Positions 1 through 9,886 of a stretch of DNA of 64,000 nt are shown here, in pieces. The stretch's first letter is position 1. Every line of letters begins with the position of its first letter. The notes beneath the pieces were generated by a model, which saw only the letters and a program-made list of their open reading frames with translations, was not told the origin of the DNA and did not search any database. The translations under genes and the position numbers were made by a program. The DNA lies in NCBI GenBank assembly GCA_963713975.1, contig OY970218.1, forward strand, positions 448,001 to 512,000. The letters run 5' to 3'. This stretch comes from an uncultured Chloroflexia bacterium. GTDB lineage: Bacteria; Chloroflexota; Limnocylindria; Limnocylindrales; CSP1-4.

Positions 1-1004
1 AAGTGGTGGCGCAAGAGCTGCAGGATCCGCTCGTCGTCCACGCGACCGGTCCCGAACGAGTCGACCGAGAGCGACAGCGGCTCTGCGATGCCGATGCCGT
101 AGGCGATCTCGAGCTCGAACCGGTCCGCGAGCCCGGCCGCCACGACGTTCTTGGCAACCCAGCGCGCGGCGTAGGCCGCGGAGCGGTCCACCTTCGTCGG
201 GTCCTTGCCACTGAAGGCGCCGCCACCATGGCGAGCCATGCCGCCGTAGGTGTCCACGATGATCTTGCGACCGGTGAGGCCAGCATCGCCCATGGGGCCG
301 CCCGTCACGAAGCGACCGGTCGGGTTGACGTGCATGACCGGGTCCACTGGACGAAGCGCCTCGGGGATGATCGGCAGGATCACCGCGCCGATGATGTCGT
401 CGCGGATCCGGTCCTCGGTCCCCTCGTCCTGCTGCGAGGAGACGACCACGGTGCGCACCTGCTTCGGCACGCCCCGCTCGTACTCGACGGTGACCTGCGT
501 CTTCCCATCAGGGCGGAGGTACGGCAGCTCGCCGGACTTGCGGACCTCGGCCAGCCGTCGGGCGAGGCGATGGGCCAGCGCGATCGGCAGCGGCATCAGC
601 TCCGGCGTCTCGCGACAGGCGAACCCGAACATCATCCCCTGGTCGCCGGCACCGAGCTCCTTGCGGTCCACGCCCTGGGCGATATCGTGGCTCTGCTCCT
701 TGATGCTGACGATCGTGCCGCACGTCTCGTAGTCGAACCCGTACTCGGCCTTCGTGTAGCCGATGTCGCGGACGGTATCGCGGACGACGTTCTGGAACTC
801 GACGTACTTCGTGGTGGTGATCTCGCCGAACACGAGCACCAGGCCCGTGGTAGCCGCGGTCTCGCACGCGACGCGCGCCCCGGCGTCGACGGCCAGGATG
901 CTGTCCAGGATCGCATCCGAGATCTGGTCGCACATCTTGTCAGGGTGACCCTCGGTCACGGACTCCGATGTGAACAGGTACTGGGACGCGTCGAGGATGC
1001 TCAT
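1..1004 (-). CDS. metK: S-adenosylmethionine synthetase (3' end runs off the window)
   Basis: Not in the ORF track; manual translation from ATG at 1004 gives [34 protein letters not shown]...ARVACET, later GAGDQG and [16 protein letters not shown] signatures; GGAG RBS upstream. Confidence 0.97.
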   Translation of the reverse strand, partial: MSILDASQYLFTSESVTEGHPDKMCDQISDAILDSILAVDAGARVACETAATTGLVLVFGEITTTKYVEFQNVVRDTVRDIGYTKAEYGFDYETCGTIVSIKEQSHDIAQGVDRKELGAGDQGMMFGFACRETPELMPLPIALAHRLARRLAEVRKSGELPYLRPDGKTQVTVEYERGVPKQVRTVVVSSQQDEGTEDRIRDDIIGAVILPIIPEALRPVDPVMHVNPTGRFVTGGPMGDAGLTGRKIIVDTYGGMARHGGGAFSGKDPTKVDRSAAYAARWVAKNVVAAGLADRFELEIAYGIGIAEPLSLSVDSFGTGRVDDERILQLLRHH

Positions 1005-1107
1005 GGGTCTCCGGTCTCGAGCCGCTCTGGGAAGGTCACGGGAGCGTATCACCGCGAGCGGCGATCCCACCTCGGACGCGGCCGTGGGACATCAGTCGCG
1101 TGCGGCC

Positions 1108-3117
1108 TCAGAGCCCGGGGATCTCCAGCGTCCCCACGTCGTCCGCGGGCGTGAACCCGAGCACGCGGCCGAGGAAGGCCAGCTCGGCGCGGTAGACCGC
1201 CATCTTCGTGTCCGCGCGGCGGAAGCCGTGGCCCTCGCCCTCGAACGTCACCGCGACGTACGGGAGCCCCCTGGCACTGAAGGCCGCGACCATCGAGTCC
1301 AGCTGTGACGGGGGCACGACGCGGTCATCCAGGCCCTGGAAGATGAGCAGCGGCGCACGAACCCGGTCCAGGAAGTGGATCGGCGAGCGTGCCCTGAAGA
1401 CCTCGCGACCCTCCGGCGTCCACGGCGCCAGCAGCCCCTCGTCGTACCGGGATTCGAACTTGTGCCCGTCCACGTGGATCAGCTCGAGATCGGCGATGCC
1501 GTAATGGCTGATGCCGGCCGCGAACACCTCCGGACGGAACGTGAGCGCTGCCAGGGCGGTGTAGCCGCCCGCGCTGCCGCCGCGGATCACGAGCCGCGCC
1601 GGGTCAACGGATCCCCGCTCCACGAGGAAGCGTGCGGCCGCGACGCAGTCCTCCACGTCGACGATCCCCCACTCGCCCTTGAGCGCATCACGGTACGGGC
1701 GGCCATAGCCGGTGGACCCGCGGTAATCCACGTCCACCACGGCGATGCCCCGGGAGGTGAAGAACGCCCGGTCCAGCGACAGCGCCGACGAGGCCGCGCT
1801 GGTCGGACCGCCATGCGCCAGCACGAGCAGCGGGGGCAGCTCTCCGGCGGGTGCCCTCCAGGTCTCGTTCGTCGGAGCGAAGTACAGCGCTCGAGCCGTC
1901 GCCCCGTCCGCGGTGGAGAACGCGATCGACTCGGCGACCGGGAGGACCCGGTGGTCCAGGGGCACGGTCAGCGACCGTGCAAGCACCCCGCTTGGCGTGC
2001 CGCTGACCGGATCCAGCCGCATGACCGCCGCACCGTCATGCGGCCCGGACGCGATGGTGACCAGCGCGCTATCAGCCGCCCTCAGCCCCTCGAACTCGGT
2101 GCAGGCGCTGTCCACGTGGGCAGGCGACCCGTCCGGCTCGACGCGCAGGAGGCCGTCGCGCCCATCGGCGCGGGCGACCGCGAGGATGGCCCCGTCGGGC
2201 AGGAAGGCGTACGAGGAGCGACCGAAGACCCAGGCCGGATCGCCCAGCTCGGCGTCCATGGGCGCAAGGTTGCGCGCCGGCCCTTGGAGCCCGTCTGGCC
2301 CGTCGAACGCATACACGTTCCACCAGCCCGTCTCGTCCGAGACGAAGTGGAGCACCCCGGACGGGCTCCACGCAGGCTGCACGATCGAGATGCCCGGCCC
2401 GCCGGCAAGGGTCCGCGGCTCCCCGATGGATCCATCGGCGAGGACTTCCGCCGCCCGGAGGCGGACGGAATCCCAGGGCATCTCCGGCAGGTCCCACTCG
2501 AGCCAGGCCAGCGTCCCGCCGTCGGGCGACGGGCGCGCTCCGGCCACGAAGTCCACCCCGCCGACCAGAAGCCGGCCTTCGGCATCGCTCCCGTCGAGGG
2601 CCAGGCCCACCACCTCGTTGACCACGTGGTCGGGTCGGTCTGGCTCCGCGGCATCGTGCGTCTCACGGATCGCGTACAGCCGCGGGGAGCGCGGGTCGAA
2701 CCACAGGTCCGCGAACCGCCACGGCCCGGCCGGCGTGATCGCCACCGGGTCCGCGACGGCGTCCCGGTCCAGCCGCCAGACGCGATTGTCCGCACCAAGT
2801 GACGCGACGACGATGCCGCCGCCCACCGCGAACGAGCCTCCGCCGTACTCGTGGACGCGCGAGCGCACGTTGAACGGGTCCGGCGTGAGCTCGCGGGTAA
2901 CGCCATCGAGACCGTGGCGCATCAGCGTCCGCCGCCCGCCCTGGGCGGCCCGCGTCTCCAGCCAGTAGGCGTCGTCCCCGTCCAGCCACGGCTCCGCGAG
3001 CCCGATCGCCGTCCCGGCAACGAGCTCCACGTCGATGGGCGACGGCCAGCTCCCGTACGGCGCGACCCGCGGCTCCGCGGTCACCGGCTCGTCGTGGCCG
3101 CGCGCTCCATTCGCCAT
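1108..3117 (-). CDS. S9 family (prolyl oligopeptidase / acylaminoacyl) peptidase
   Basis: APYGSWPSPI N-terminus, HGGPT, GGSAGG nucleophile, D-RVVP and GEGHGF catalytic motifs. Confidence 0.92.
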   Translation of the reverse strand: MANGARGHDEPVTAEPRVAPYGSWPSPIDVELVAGTAIGLAEPWLDGDDAYWLETRAAQGGRRTLMRHGLDGVTRELTPDPFNVRSRVHEYGGGSFAVGGGIVVASLGADNRVWRLDRDAVADPVAITPAGPWRFADLWFDPRSPRLYAIRETHDAAEPDRPDHVVNEVVGLALDGSDAEGRLLVGGVDFVAGARPSPDGGTLAWLEWDLPEMPWDSVRLRAAEVLADGSIGEPRTLAGGPGISIVQPAWSPSGVLHFVSDETGWWNVYAFDGPDGLQGPARNLAPMDAELGDPAWVFGRSSYAFLPDGAILAVARADGRDGLLRVEPDGSPAHVDSACTEFEGLRAADSALVTIASGPHDGAAVMRLDPVSGTPSGVLARSLTVPLDHRVLPVAESIAFSTADGATARALYFAPTNETWRAPAGELPPLLVLAHGGPTSAASSALSLDRAFFTSRGIAVVDVDYRGSTGYGRPYRDALKGEWGIVDVEDCVAAARFLVERGSVDPARLVIRGGSAGGYTALAALTFRPEVFAAGISHYGIADLELIHVDGHKFESRYDEGLLAPWTPEGREVFRARSPIHFLDRVRAPLLIFQGLDDRVVPPSQLDSMVAAFSARGLPYVAVTFEGEGHGFRRADTKMAVYRAELAFLGRVLGFTPADDVGTLEIPGL

Positions 3118-3120
3118 GCC

Positions 3121-4398
3121 CTAGGTCCCGTGCTGCCAGGAGGAGACGTACTCCAGTTGCTCGGGCGTCATGGGATCAAGCGTGATCCCCAGGGCCGCGA
3201 GCTTCAGGCGGGCCACCTCGGCGTCGATCGCCTCGGGCACGACATAGACCCTGGCCTCGAGCTCCGAGTGGTGCTGTGCGACATACTCGGCGGCGAGCGC
3301 CTGGTTGGCAAAGCTCATGTCCATGACCGCCGCGGGGTGCCCTTCGGCGGCACCGAGGTTGACGAGGCGCCCCTCCGCCACGAGGTTCAGCCGCTTTCCG
3401 CCCAGGTCGAACTCCTGGACGTTGGGCCGGACATCGCGAACGTGGCCCTCGGCCATCTCCCGCAGCGACACGAGGTCCAGCTCGGCGTCGAAGTGGCCGG
3501 AGTTGGCCATGATCGCGCCGTCCTTCATCGAGGCGAAGTGCTCACGCCTGAAGACGTTGACGTTGCCCGTGGCGGTGACGAAGAGGTCGCCCCAGCCGGC
3601 GGCCTCGCCGACGGTCATCACCTGGTACCCGTCCATCAGCGCCTCGATGGCCCGAACCGGGTTCACCTCCACCACGGCCACGTGGGCGCCATGCCCCGCC
3701 ATCCGTGACGAGATCCCCTTGCCCACCCAGCCGTAGCCCGCGACGACCACGTTCCGGCCGGCGATCAGGATGTTGGTGGCGCGCAGGATGCCGTCGATCG
3801 TCGACTGGCCGGTCCCATAGCGGTTGTCGAACAGGTGCTTCGTCTCGGCCTCGTTGACGGCCACGACGGGGAAGCTCAGGGCGCCATCGGCCGCCATCGC
3901 GCGCAGGCGGATGACGCCGGTCGTGGTCTCCTCGGTCCCGGCCAGGATCTCCGGCAGCTGGTCGCGGCGCTCCTTGTGCAGCAGCGTGACCAGGTCGCAG
4001 CCGTCGTCCATGGTGATCTGTGGATGCGTGTCCGCGACCGTGCGCAGGTGCGCGTAGTAGGTGTCGTTGGCCTCGCCGCGCCGGGCATAGGTGGCGATGC
4101 CGTACGCCGCGACCAGCGCCGCGGCCGTCGCATCCTGGGTTGAGAGCGGGTTGGACGCCGCCAGGTGGACCTCCGCCCCGCCCGCCTTGAGCGTCCGCAT
4201 CAGGTTCGCGGTCTCCGTGGTGACGTGCAGGCACGCCCCGATGCGCAGGCCGGCGAGCGGGCGCTCGCGCTCGAAGCGCTCCCGGATCAGGCGCAGGACG
4301 GGCATCTCGCGCTCTGCCCACTCGATACGACGAACGCCGTCGTCGGCGAGCGAGAGATCGGTCACGTCGTGGGGGACGATGGCGGCGGCGTCGGTCAT
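3121..4398 (-). CDS. ahcY: Adenosylhomocysteinase (SAH hydrolase)
   Basis: [56 protein letters not shown] motifs. Confidence 0.97.
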   Translation of the reverse strand: MTDAAAIVPHDVTDLSLADDGVRRIEWAEREMPVLRLIRERFERERPLAGLRIGACLHVTTETANLMRTLKAGGAEVHLAASNPLSTQDATAAALVAAYGIATYARRGEANDTYYAHLRTVADTHPQITMDDGCDLVTLLHKERRDQLPEILAGTEETTTGVIRLRAMAADGALSFPVVAVNEAETKHLFDNRYGTGQSTIDGILRATNILIAGRNVVVAGYGWVGKGISSRMAGHGAHVAVVEVNPVRAIEALMDGYQVMTVGEAAGWGDLFVTATGNVNVFRREHFASMKDGAIMANSGHFDAELDLVSLREMAEGHVRDVRPNVQEFDLGGKRLNLVAEGRLVNLGAAEGHPAAVMDMSFANQALAAEYVAQHHSELEARVYVVPEAIDAEVARLKLAALGITLDPMTPEQLEYVSSWQHGT

Positions 4399-5357
4399 GC
4401 GGGCTCCTTGGCGGTGTCGTCGGCCACGATTGCGGCAGGCGGCGGGACGGGCTCGGTGGGCATGGGATGGGCCTGGTAGGGCCCCGGCGGCGTGGCGGGC
4501 GGCGGGCGGTGTCCGGCGAAGAGGCGGCGGAAGGCCGCCCCGAGATCGGGCCAGCCGGACGCGGTGCGTCGAGCGAGGCGTTCCTCGAACCGGCAGTGAT
4601 CCTGGTAGCCCAGTCGGGTGTAGGCGGCGATCGCCGGCGGGTTGTCGGCCCGCACGTTGAGCGCGACCTGGTCACACGAGCGGAGCAACTCCGCGGTCAC
4701 GGCGCTGGTGACGGCCTTCGCGTAGCCGCGCCCACGGTGATCGGCGTGGGTCAGGACGTTGCCGACCACGGCCATCCCGACATCCCGGCCGATGACGTGC
4801 GTGCCCGCGGCCGCGATCAGGCGACCGTTGATGCGGATGCCGTAGTAGACCCCTTCGGCGATGGCCGCCGCCGACAGCCAGGCGGCGAAGCCCAGCTGGT
4901 ACAGCCGGTTGAGATCTCCCGCGTCCCCGGGCAGGAGACGCTCGACGCGGTACGGGAAGGGCCGGAAGGTTCCGCGATCCACCCACATGCGGACCATCTC
5001 CGGCCCGGGCTCGATCTTGTAGTGGACCGCAACCGCGGGCAGGACCTCCCGTCGTGCCGCCACGAACGCGGCGCGGGGTCGGACGACGTCACGGAGGATC
5101 GCCGCGATCCCGTCCGGCTCACCCATCACGAACATCGACTGCGGCGTGATGCCGCTGTACTCGAGGGCGACGGCGATCATCTCGTTGCCGTCCGTCGCGA
5201 TCCCCCAGCGCGTCCTCGGGAACTCGCGGTCGCCCAGGTCGCAGATCGCATAGGCGGCGAACAGCCGGTCCCGCTCGAGGAACTCACGCAGGCGCACCCG
5301 GTCCGTGGTGCTCCTGGCAAGCACCGAGCCGCGCGACCCGATCGCGACCGTGGCCAT
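4395..5357 (-). CDS. GNAT family N-acetyltransferase (FR47-like C-terminal domain)
   Basis: [16 protein letters not shown] acetyl-CoA motif A and [11 protein letters not shown] motif B; stop overlaps the ahcY start. Confidence 0.85.
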   Translation of the reverse strand: MATVAIGSRGSVLARSTTDRVRLREFLERDRLFAAYAICDLGDREFPRTRWGIATDGNEMIAVALEYSGITPQSMFVMGEPDGIAAILRDVVRPRAAFVAARREVLPAVAVHYKIEPGPEMVRMWVDRGTFRPFPYRVERLLPGDAGDLNRLYQLGFAAWLSAAAIAEGVYYGIRINGRLIAAAGTHVIGRDVGMAVVGNVLTHADHRGRGYAKAVTSAVTAELLRSCDQVALNVRADNPPAIAAYTRLGYQDHCRFEERLARRTASGWPDLGAAFRRLFAGHRPPPATPPGPYQAHPMPTEPVPPPAAIVADDTAKEPA

Positions 5358-5360
5358 CGG

Positions 5361-6803
5361 TCAGGCTCCCATCGTCCGGGCCGGGTCCCGGAGCGCGGCG
5401 ACGTCGACCGGGGTGCGGTCCGCCGCCACGGTGTCTGCGGCGGCGGGGTCGGCGGCGGCAGCGGCCTCACGCCGGGCAAGCAGGGCCGCAAAGCCCGGCG
5501 CCGAGGAGCGGCGCGCGGCCGCTTCGGCCATCGCGGCCTCGATCGCGGGCCCGAACGGGGACCTGAGCACGCCGGTCTCGGTCACGATCGCGTCGACCAG
5601 CCCCACCGGCACCAGGTCCTGCAGCGGGTTGCGGACCTGCGTTCCCTCGGGGGCGACGCGGGTGCCTGCGGCCCGCAGGACGAGGTTCGGGCGGCCCTGC
5701 TCGATGGTTGCCGCGTCGCCGTCGCCGGTCGTCGGATCGATGGCCGTGGTGGCGGCGCACACGACGAACGGGATCCCCGCCGCCGCGGCGGCAAGGGCGA
5801 GGGGATAGGCACCGGCCGTGGTGATCACATCCCCGTTCGCGGCAATCCGGTCTGCCCCCACGAGGACCATGGACACCTCGCCGGCGGTGATGCACCCGGG
5901 GGCCGCGGCGTCCGTGACGATGGCGTGGGGCACGCCGGCCTGGCGCAGCTCCCAGGCGGCGATCCTCGATCCAACGAATCCCGGCCGACCCTCGGCCACC
6001 AGCGCGTGGACCGGGCGTTTCGCGTGGTGGGCGGTCTGCACGGCCGACAGGGCGGTCCCGAACTGGCCGCCGCCCATGGCCCCCGTGCTGCCGGCAACGA
6101 GCAGGTTGAGCTGGGAAGCCGGCGAGCCCGGGAGGATGTCGAGCAGGTGGCCCACGAGGGCCCCGTGGTCGTCCGACGCCTCGGCGATGATCAGCTCCGC
6201 CTCGGCCGACAGGGCGGCAGCGAGCGGCTCGCCCTCCGCCTCCGACCCCAGCAATTCGAGCACGGCCAGCATCCGGTCGAGGGACGCGGCCATGGCGGCA
6301 GACCCGGGCCGGGCGAGGCGCAGCGCGTTGGCGGCACCGCGGATCGTCGCTCGCCGGGCGAACGGCCGCGAGCCGGCGCTCCTGGCGGCGAGGATCGCCA
6401 GCGTCACGGCGGCCACCTGTGCCTGAACCGGAGACCCCACGATCGCGCCATCGTTGATGGCGGTGACGGCATCGGCGGCACTGCGCAGCTCGACATCCAC
6501 GAGGACGTCCGGCAGGCGGCGCTGGTCCACCACGCGGCAGACATCGCGGTCCCAGCGGAACGGCGCCCGCCAGCCGGCCGTGGACGCATCGGACTCCAAA
6601 AGTGCCGGTCGGGCCCCGAACCCGCCGCCCTGCGCCGGAGCGGTCGGGTCGTTGCCAAGCAGCTCCCGCGCGGCCTCGGCGGAGGTCTGCTGCAGGGTCT
6701 GCGCCGCGCCCAGCACGCTGCCCACGGACGTGACCACATCGCCGGCAAACTGCCGGAAGAAGCGTCGCCGGTCGGGATCGGGGGGCTGGACGGGATCGGT
6801 CAA
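5361..6803 (-). CDS. MtnA / eIF-2B-like protein (methylthioribose-1-phosphate isomerase homolog) with a degenerate active site
   Basis: VDQRRLP, GTAL, EGRP..G.RIAAWEL, VGADRIAANGD present; canonical RGAPAIG, THCN and NKIG motifs replaced; TTG start. Confidence 0.85.
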   Translation of the reverse strand: MTDPVQPPDPDRRRFFRQFAGDVVTSVGSVLGAAQTLQQTSAEAARELLGNDPTAPAQGGGFGARPALLESDASTAGWRAPFRWDRDVCRVVDQRRLPDVLVDVELRSAADAVTAINDGAIVGSPVQAQVAAVTLAILAARSAGSRPFARRATIRGAANALRLARPGSAAMAASLDRMLAVLELLGSEAEGEPLAAALSAEAELIIAEASDDHGALVGHLLDILPGSPASQLNLLVAGSTGAMGGGQFGTALSAVQTAHHAKRPVHALVAEGRPGFVGSRIAAWELRQAGVPHAIVTDAAAPGCITAGEVSMVLVGADRIAANGDVITTAGAYPLALAAAAAGIPFVVCAATTAIDPTTGDGDAATIEQGRPNLVLRAAGTRVAPEGTQVRNPLQDLVPVGLVDAIVTETGVLRSPFGPAIEAAMAEAAARRSSAPGFAALLARREAAAAADPAAADTVAADRTPVDVAALRDPARTMGA

Positions 6804-6848
6804 TGCAGGTCCGGGCGCCGGGGGCGTGCGCGGCCGCGCCTCACCGGT

Positions 6849-7370
6849 TCAGTAGGAGATGACGCTCGTCACCTTGCGGCCCTCAAGGCGGTCGCGACCC
6901 TTGAGGAATTCGAGCTCCACCAGGAACGCGAGCCCCACGACTTCGCCCTTGAGGCGCTCGATCAGCTCGATCGTGCCGCGGACGGTGCCGCCGGTCGCCA
7001 GGAGGTCGTCCACGATCAGGACGCGCTGCCCGGGCTCGATGGCGTCGCGGTGGATCTCCAGGGTGTTCGACCCGTACTCCAGCGCGTACTCCACGGTGAG
7101 CGTCTCGGCCGGCAGCTTGCCCAGCTTGCGCACGGGGACCAGGCCTGTCCTGAGCTCGTAGGCCATGGGCGCCGAGAAGATGAACCCGCGCGATTCCATG
7201 CCCACGACGATGTCCACCTGCTCGTCCCGATAGGGCTCGAGCATGAGGTCGATCGACTCCTTGTAGGCGGCCGGATCCTTGAGCAGCGTGGTGATGTCGT
7301 AGAACAGGATGCCGGGCTTCGGGAAGTCAGGGATCTCGCGAATCTTCGCGCGAAGCGTCTCGGCGGACAT
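6849..7370 (-). CDS. apt: Adenine phosphoribosyltransferase
   Basis: IPDFPKPGILFYDITTLL, ESRGF, RKLGKLP, YALEYG, VDDLLATGGT. Confidence 0.97.
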   Translation of the reverse strand: MSAETLRAKIREIPDFPKPGILFYDITTLLKDPAAYKESIDLMLEPYRDEQVDIVVGMESRGFIFSAPMAYELRTGLVPVRKLGKLPAETLTVEYALEYGSNTLEIHRDAIEPGQRVLIVDDLLATGGTVRGTIELIERLKGEVVGLAFLVELEFLKGRDRLEGRKVTSVISY

Positions 7371-7436
7371 GGAGTTCGAGAACCTCCGGTACTGGCGCGA
7401 TGGGCAGCGCCGAGAGCCTGCGGACAGGCCGAGCCG

Positions 7437-8876
7437 CTAGTCTACCGCAGCCGAAACCGCGCTCCGCGGCGCGACGAAGGTCCAGACCCTGCCGGACGCG
7501 AGCACGCCCAGCACGGCGGCGCCGATCGACACGGCGAAGACCGCCGCGAGCGCTGCGCCCAGGCCGTCGGGCCCGCCGCGCACACCCGCCGCCGTGACGG
7601 CGCCCGCGACCCCCGCGCCGAGCGCCGTGCCCAGGATGTCGCTCAGCTGCAACGACGACGATGCGCTGCCCTGCTCGCTCTTGTCGACGCCACGCAGGAC
7701 CACCAGCGTGACCGCCGAGTACATGAAGCCCATGCCGAGCCCGGGGATCGCCCAGGTGATGATCGTGATCTCCGGCGGCACCCAGGCCAGCAGGGCCGGC
7801 AGCGTGAGGAGCCCCCCGACTACCAGGCACGCGAAGCCGAGGGCCACGAAGCGACCCGGCCCGTAACGGTCGATCCGGCGGGCCTGCGCCCAGGTGCCGA
7901 TCGTCCAGGCGATCGTGGTAACGGTGAAGACGACGCCGGTGAGCGTGGCCGGCGTGCCCCTCCAGGTCTGCAGCAGCAGCGCGATGTAGGCATCGGCCGC
8001 AAAGAACGAGAAGGTCATCAGGCCGCGCAGCAGGACGGCCGCCGGCACGCCGCGGGCGAGACGGAGCGTCCCCGGTGGGGTGAGCCAGCGGAACGCCGGC
8101 AGGAGGAGTGCGCCACCGAGGGCAACGCCCGCGACCAGGATCGGCGGGCTGGTGGCACCCAGCGCGGCGACCAGGATGGCGGCGCCGGCGGCCGCGACCA
8201 GGGCCACGGCCAGTCGTCGCAGGTTGCCTGCAGGCCGAGGGTCGCCGCTTCCGATCCGTGCCACGGCCGGGGGGACGCGGCGCAGAGCGCTGAACGCGAC
8301 CCCACCCGCTACGACCAGCAGGGGGATCAGGCCGAGGAAGACCCATCGCCACCCGAAGAACTCGCCCACGACCGCCGCCAGCGAGGGCCCCAGGACCCCG
8401 GGCACGACCCACGCGGTCGACAGCATGGCGAACATGCGCGGCTGGAGCTGATCGGGGAGGCTGCGACCGATCGCGACGTACGCGGCCGGGGTCACGGCGC
8501 CCGCCCCCAGGCCCTGGAGGAATCTCGCGCCGATGAGCACCGGCATCGATGGGGCGAGTCCGCCGATCGCCAGCCCGAGACCGAACAGCGCGAGGCCGAC
8601 GGCGAAGGGCCGGTGGAGGGGCACCCGGTCGAGCACCCCTCCCGAGATCACGATCCCGATCAGGCTGCCCAGGAAGAACGCCGTGTAGACCCAGCCGTAC
8701 AGCGCGAGATCGCCAAGCTCGTCCGCGACGATCGGCATCACCGTTCCGATGGCCAGCGACTCGAGCGCAACGAGCGTGATCGTCGAGACGAGGCCGAGCG
8801 TCAGGCCACGCAGGCCGGGCGCGAAGAGATCGGACGTGCGCGCCGGTGCGGCAGGGGCGCTCTCGGTCACGGACAC
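7437..8876 (-). CDS. MFS transporter (DHA2-like)
   Basis: Many hydrophobic helices; GARFLQGLGAG motif. Confidence 0.9.
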   Translation of the reverse strand: MSVTESAPAAPARTSDLFAPGLRGLTLGLVSTITLVALESLAIGTVMPIVADELGDLALYGWVYTAFFLGSLIGIVISGGVLDRVPLHRPFAVGLALFGLGLAIGGLAPSMPVLIGARFLQGLGAGAVTPAAYVAIGRSLPDQLQPRMFAMLSTAWVVPGVLGPSLAAVVGEFFGWRWVFLGLIPLLVVAGGVAFSALRRVPPAVARIGSGDPRPAGNLRRLAVALVAAAGAAILVAALGATSPPILVAGVALGGALLLPAFRWLTPPGTLRLARGVPAAVLLRGLMTFSFFAADAYIALLLQTWRGTPATLTGVVFTVTTIAWTIGTWAQARRIDRYGPGRFVALGFACLVVGGLLTLPALLAWVPPEITIITWAIPGLGMGFMYSAVTLVVLRGVDKSEQGSASSSLQLSDILGTALGAGVAGAVTAAGVRGGPDGLGAALAAVFAVSIGAAVLGVLASGRVWTFVAPRSAVSAAVD

Positions 8877-8924
8877 GTCGGCAATTCTGCCCGAGACCGG
8901 GGGCGCGCGCGGGCGGGGGACTTC

Positions 8925-9773
8925 TCAGTAGTTGCGGTCGAGCGCCACCCGTGCGAGCTTCACGGCGATGCTGCCACCGGGCACGAGGAGCCCGACCGTG
9001 TCGGCACCGATGTCGAACAGGGCGTCCCGGCTGACCATCCGCGTGAACTGGCTGACCTTGAGCGCTCCGGCGGTCCGGGTCTCTCCCGTCAGCGCATCGA
9101 CCTCCACCACGCCCCGCTTGTCCTTGGCCGGCAGGTGGTATTCGAAGGCCCACACCGGCCGGTAGAACAGCTCCAGGTGCTCGACAGCCAGCGACTCCTC
9201 GAAGACCGTGTCCGCCTGGAGCGGCCGCAGCACCTTGGCCAGCAGCTGGCGGACGATCGCCGACGCCCGCTGCTCGGGCGGGACGACCATGGTCTCCTCC
9301 CCGGCGAGCGCCAGCGGGTCCTCGACCTCCGTGCGAACGCCGGCGGTGAGTGCAGCTCCATTGCTCATCACAGCGCCGGTCAGGCCGTCCACGAACAGCT
9401 CGTCCCGGACGTCGTCCGCGCAGTGCTCGAGGATCTCGATCGCAAACGCGGTCGAACCCTTGCCGGACGGCACGACCGGGATGTCCGAGCCCAGGATCGT
9501 CACGCTGCGGACGTCGCTCGCGCTCGTGGGCACCGTGTACAGGCGACTCCGGTCGTAGACGTAGTGCGCAGTGCAGGCCACGTGCCAGAACGGCTCCACC
9601 CGGCGCTGGGTGGCGGCGAGGATGACGTCCTCCGCCTTCGGTCGCTGCAGCAGTCCGCCGAAGCCGGAACCGAGTGCGCCCACCCTCTTCTCGTCCGCGC
9701 GCCGGCGCAGCTCTTCGATCGGCAGTCGCGGCTCGAGGCCGTAGATGCGCGGTTCACCGAGCGAGATGTCCAT
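8925..9773 (-). CDS. Hypothetical protein (about 282 aa)
   Basis: Protein-like composition from MDISLGEPRIY; start trimmed to ATG 9773 because the longer ORF overlaps the next gene. Confidence 0.7.
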   Translation of the reverse strand: MDISLGEPRIYGLEPRLPIEELRRRADEKRVGALGSGFGGLLQRPKAEDVILAATQRRVEPFWHVACTAHYVYDRSRLYTVPTSASDVRSVTILGSDIPVVPSGKGSTAFAIEILEHCADDVRDELFVDGLTGAVMSNGAALTAGVRTEVEDPLALAGEETMVVPPEQRASAIVRQLLAKVLRPLQADTVFEESLAVEHLELFYRPVWAFEYHLPAKDKRGVVEVDALTGETRTAGALKVSQFTRMVSRDALFDIGADTVGLLVPGGSIAVKLARVALDRNY

Positions 9774-9886
9774 GTGCGCCCCACTGCTTCGTTCGTCACC
9801 CCGGATGGGCGAACGATAGTCGAGCCGGAAGGCGGAGATGGGGGCGATCGCGGCCGACCCCGCGCGGACCCCCTGCTCCGGGCACA

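Noticed and set aside
1005-1045. CCAGAGCGGCTCGAGACCGG upstream of metK, reminiscent of the 5' part of a SAM-I/IV riboswitch
   Set aside because: The leader is too short and the GCAACC and GGTGC core elements are not visible; an Infernal search would settle it
3-1154. 383-aa plus-strand ORF at the window start
   Set aside because: Antisense shadow of metK, which is clearly encoded on the minus strand
6740-6790. Tat signal peptide in the MtnA-like protein (RRRFF)
   Set aside because: No convincing hydrophobic h-region follows and the fold is cytoplasmic; kept only as an unexplained extension
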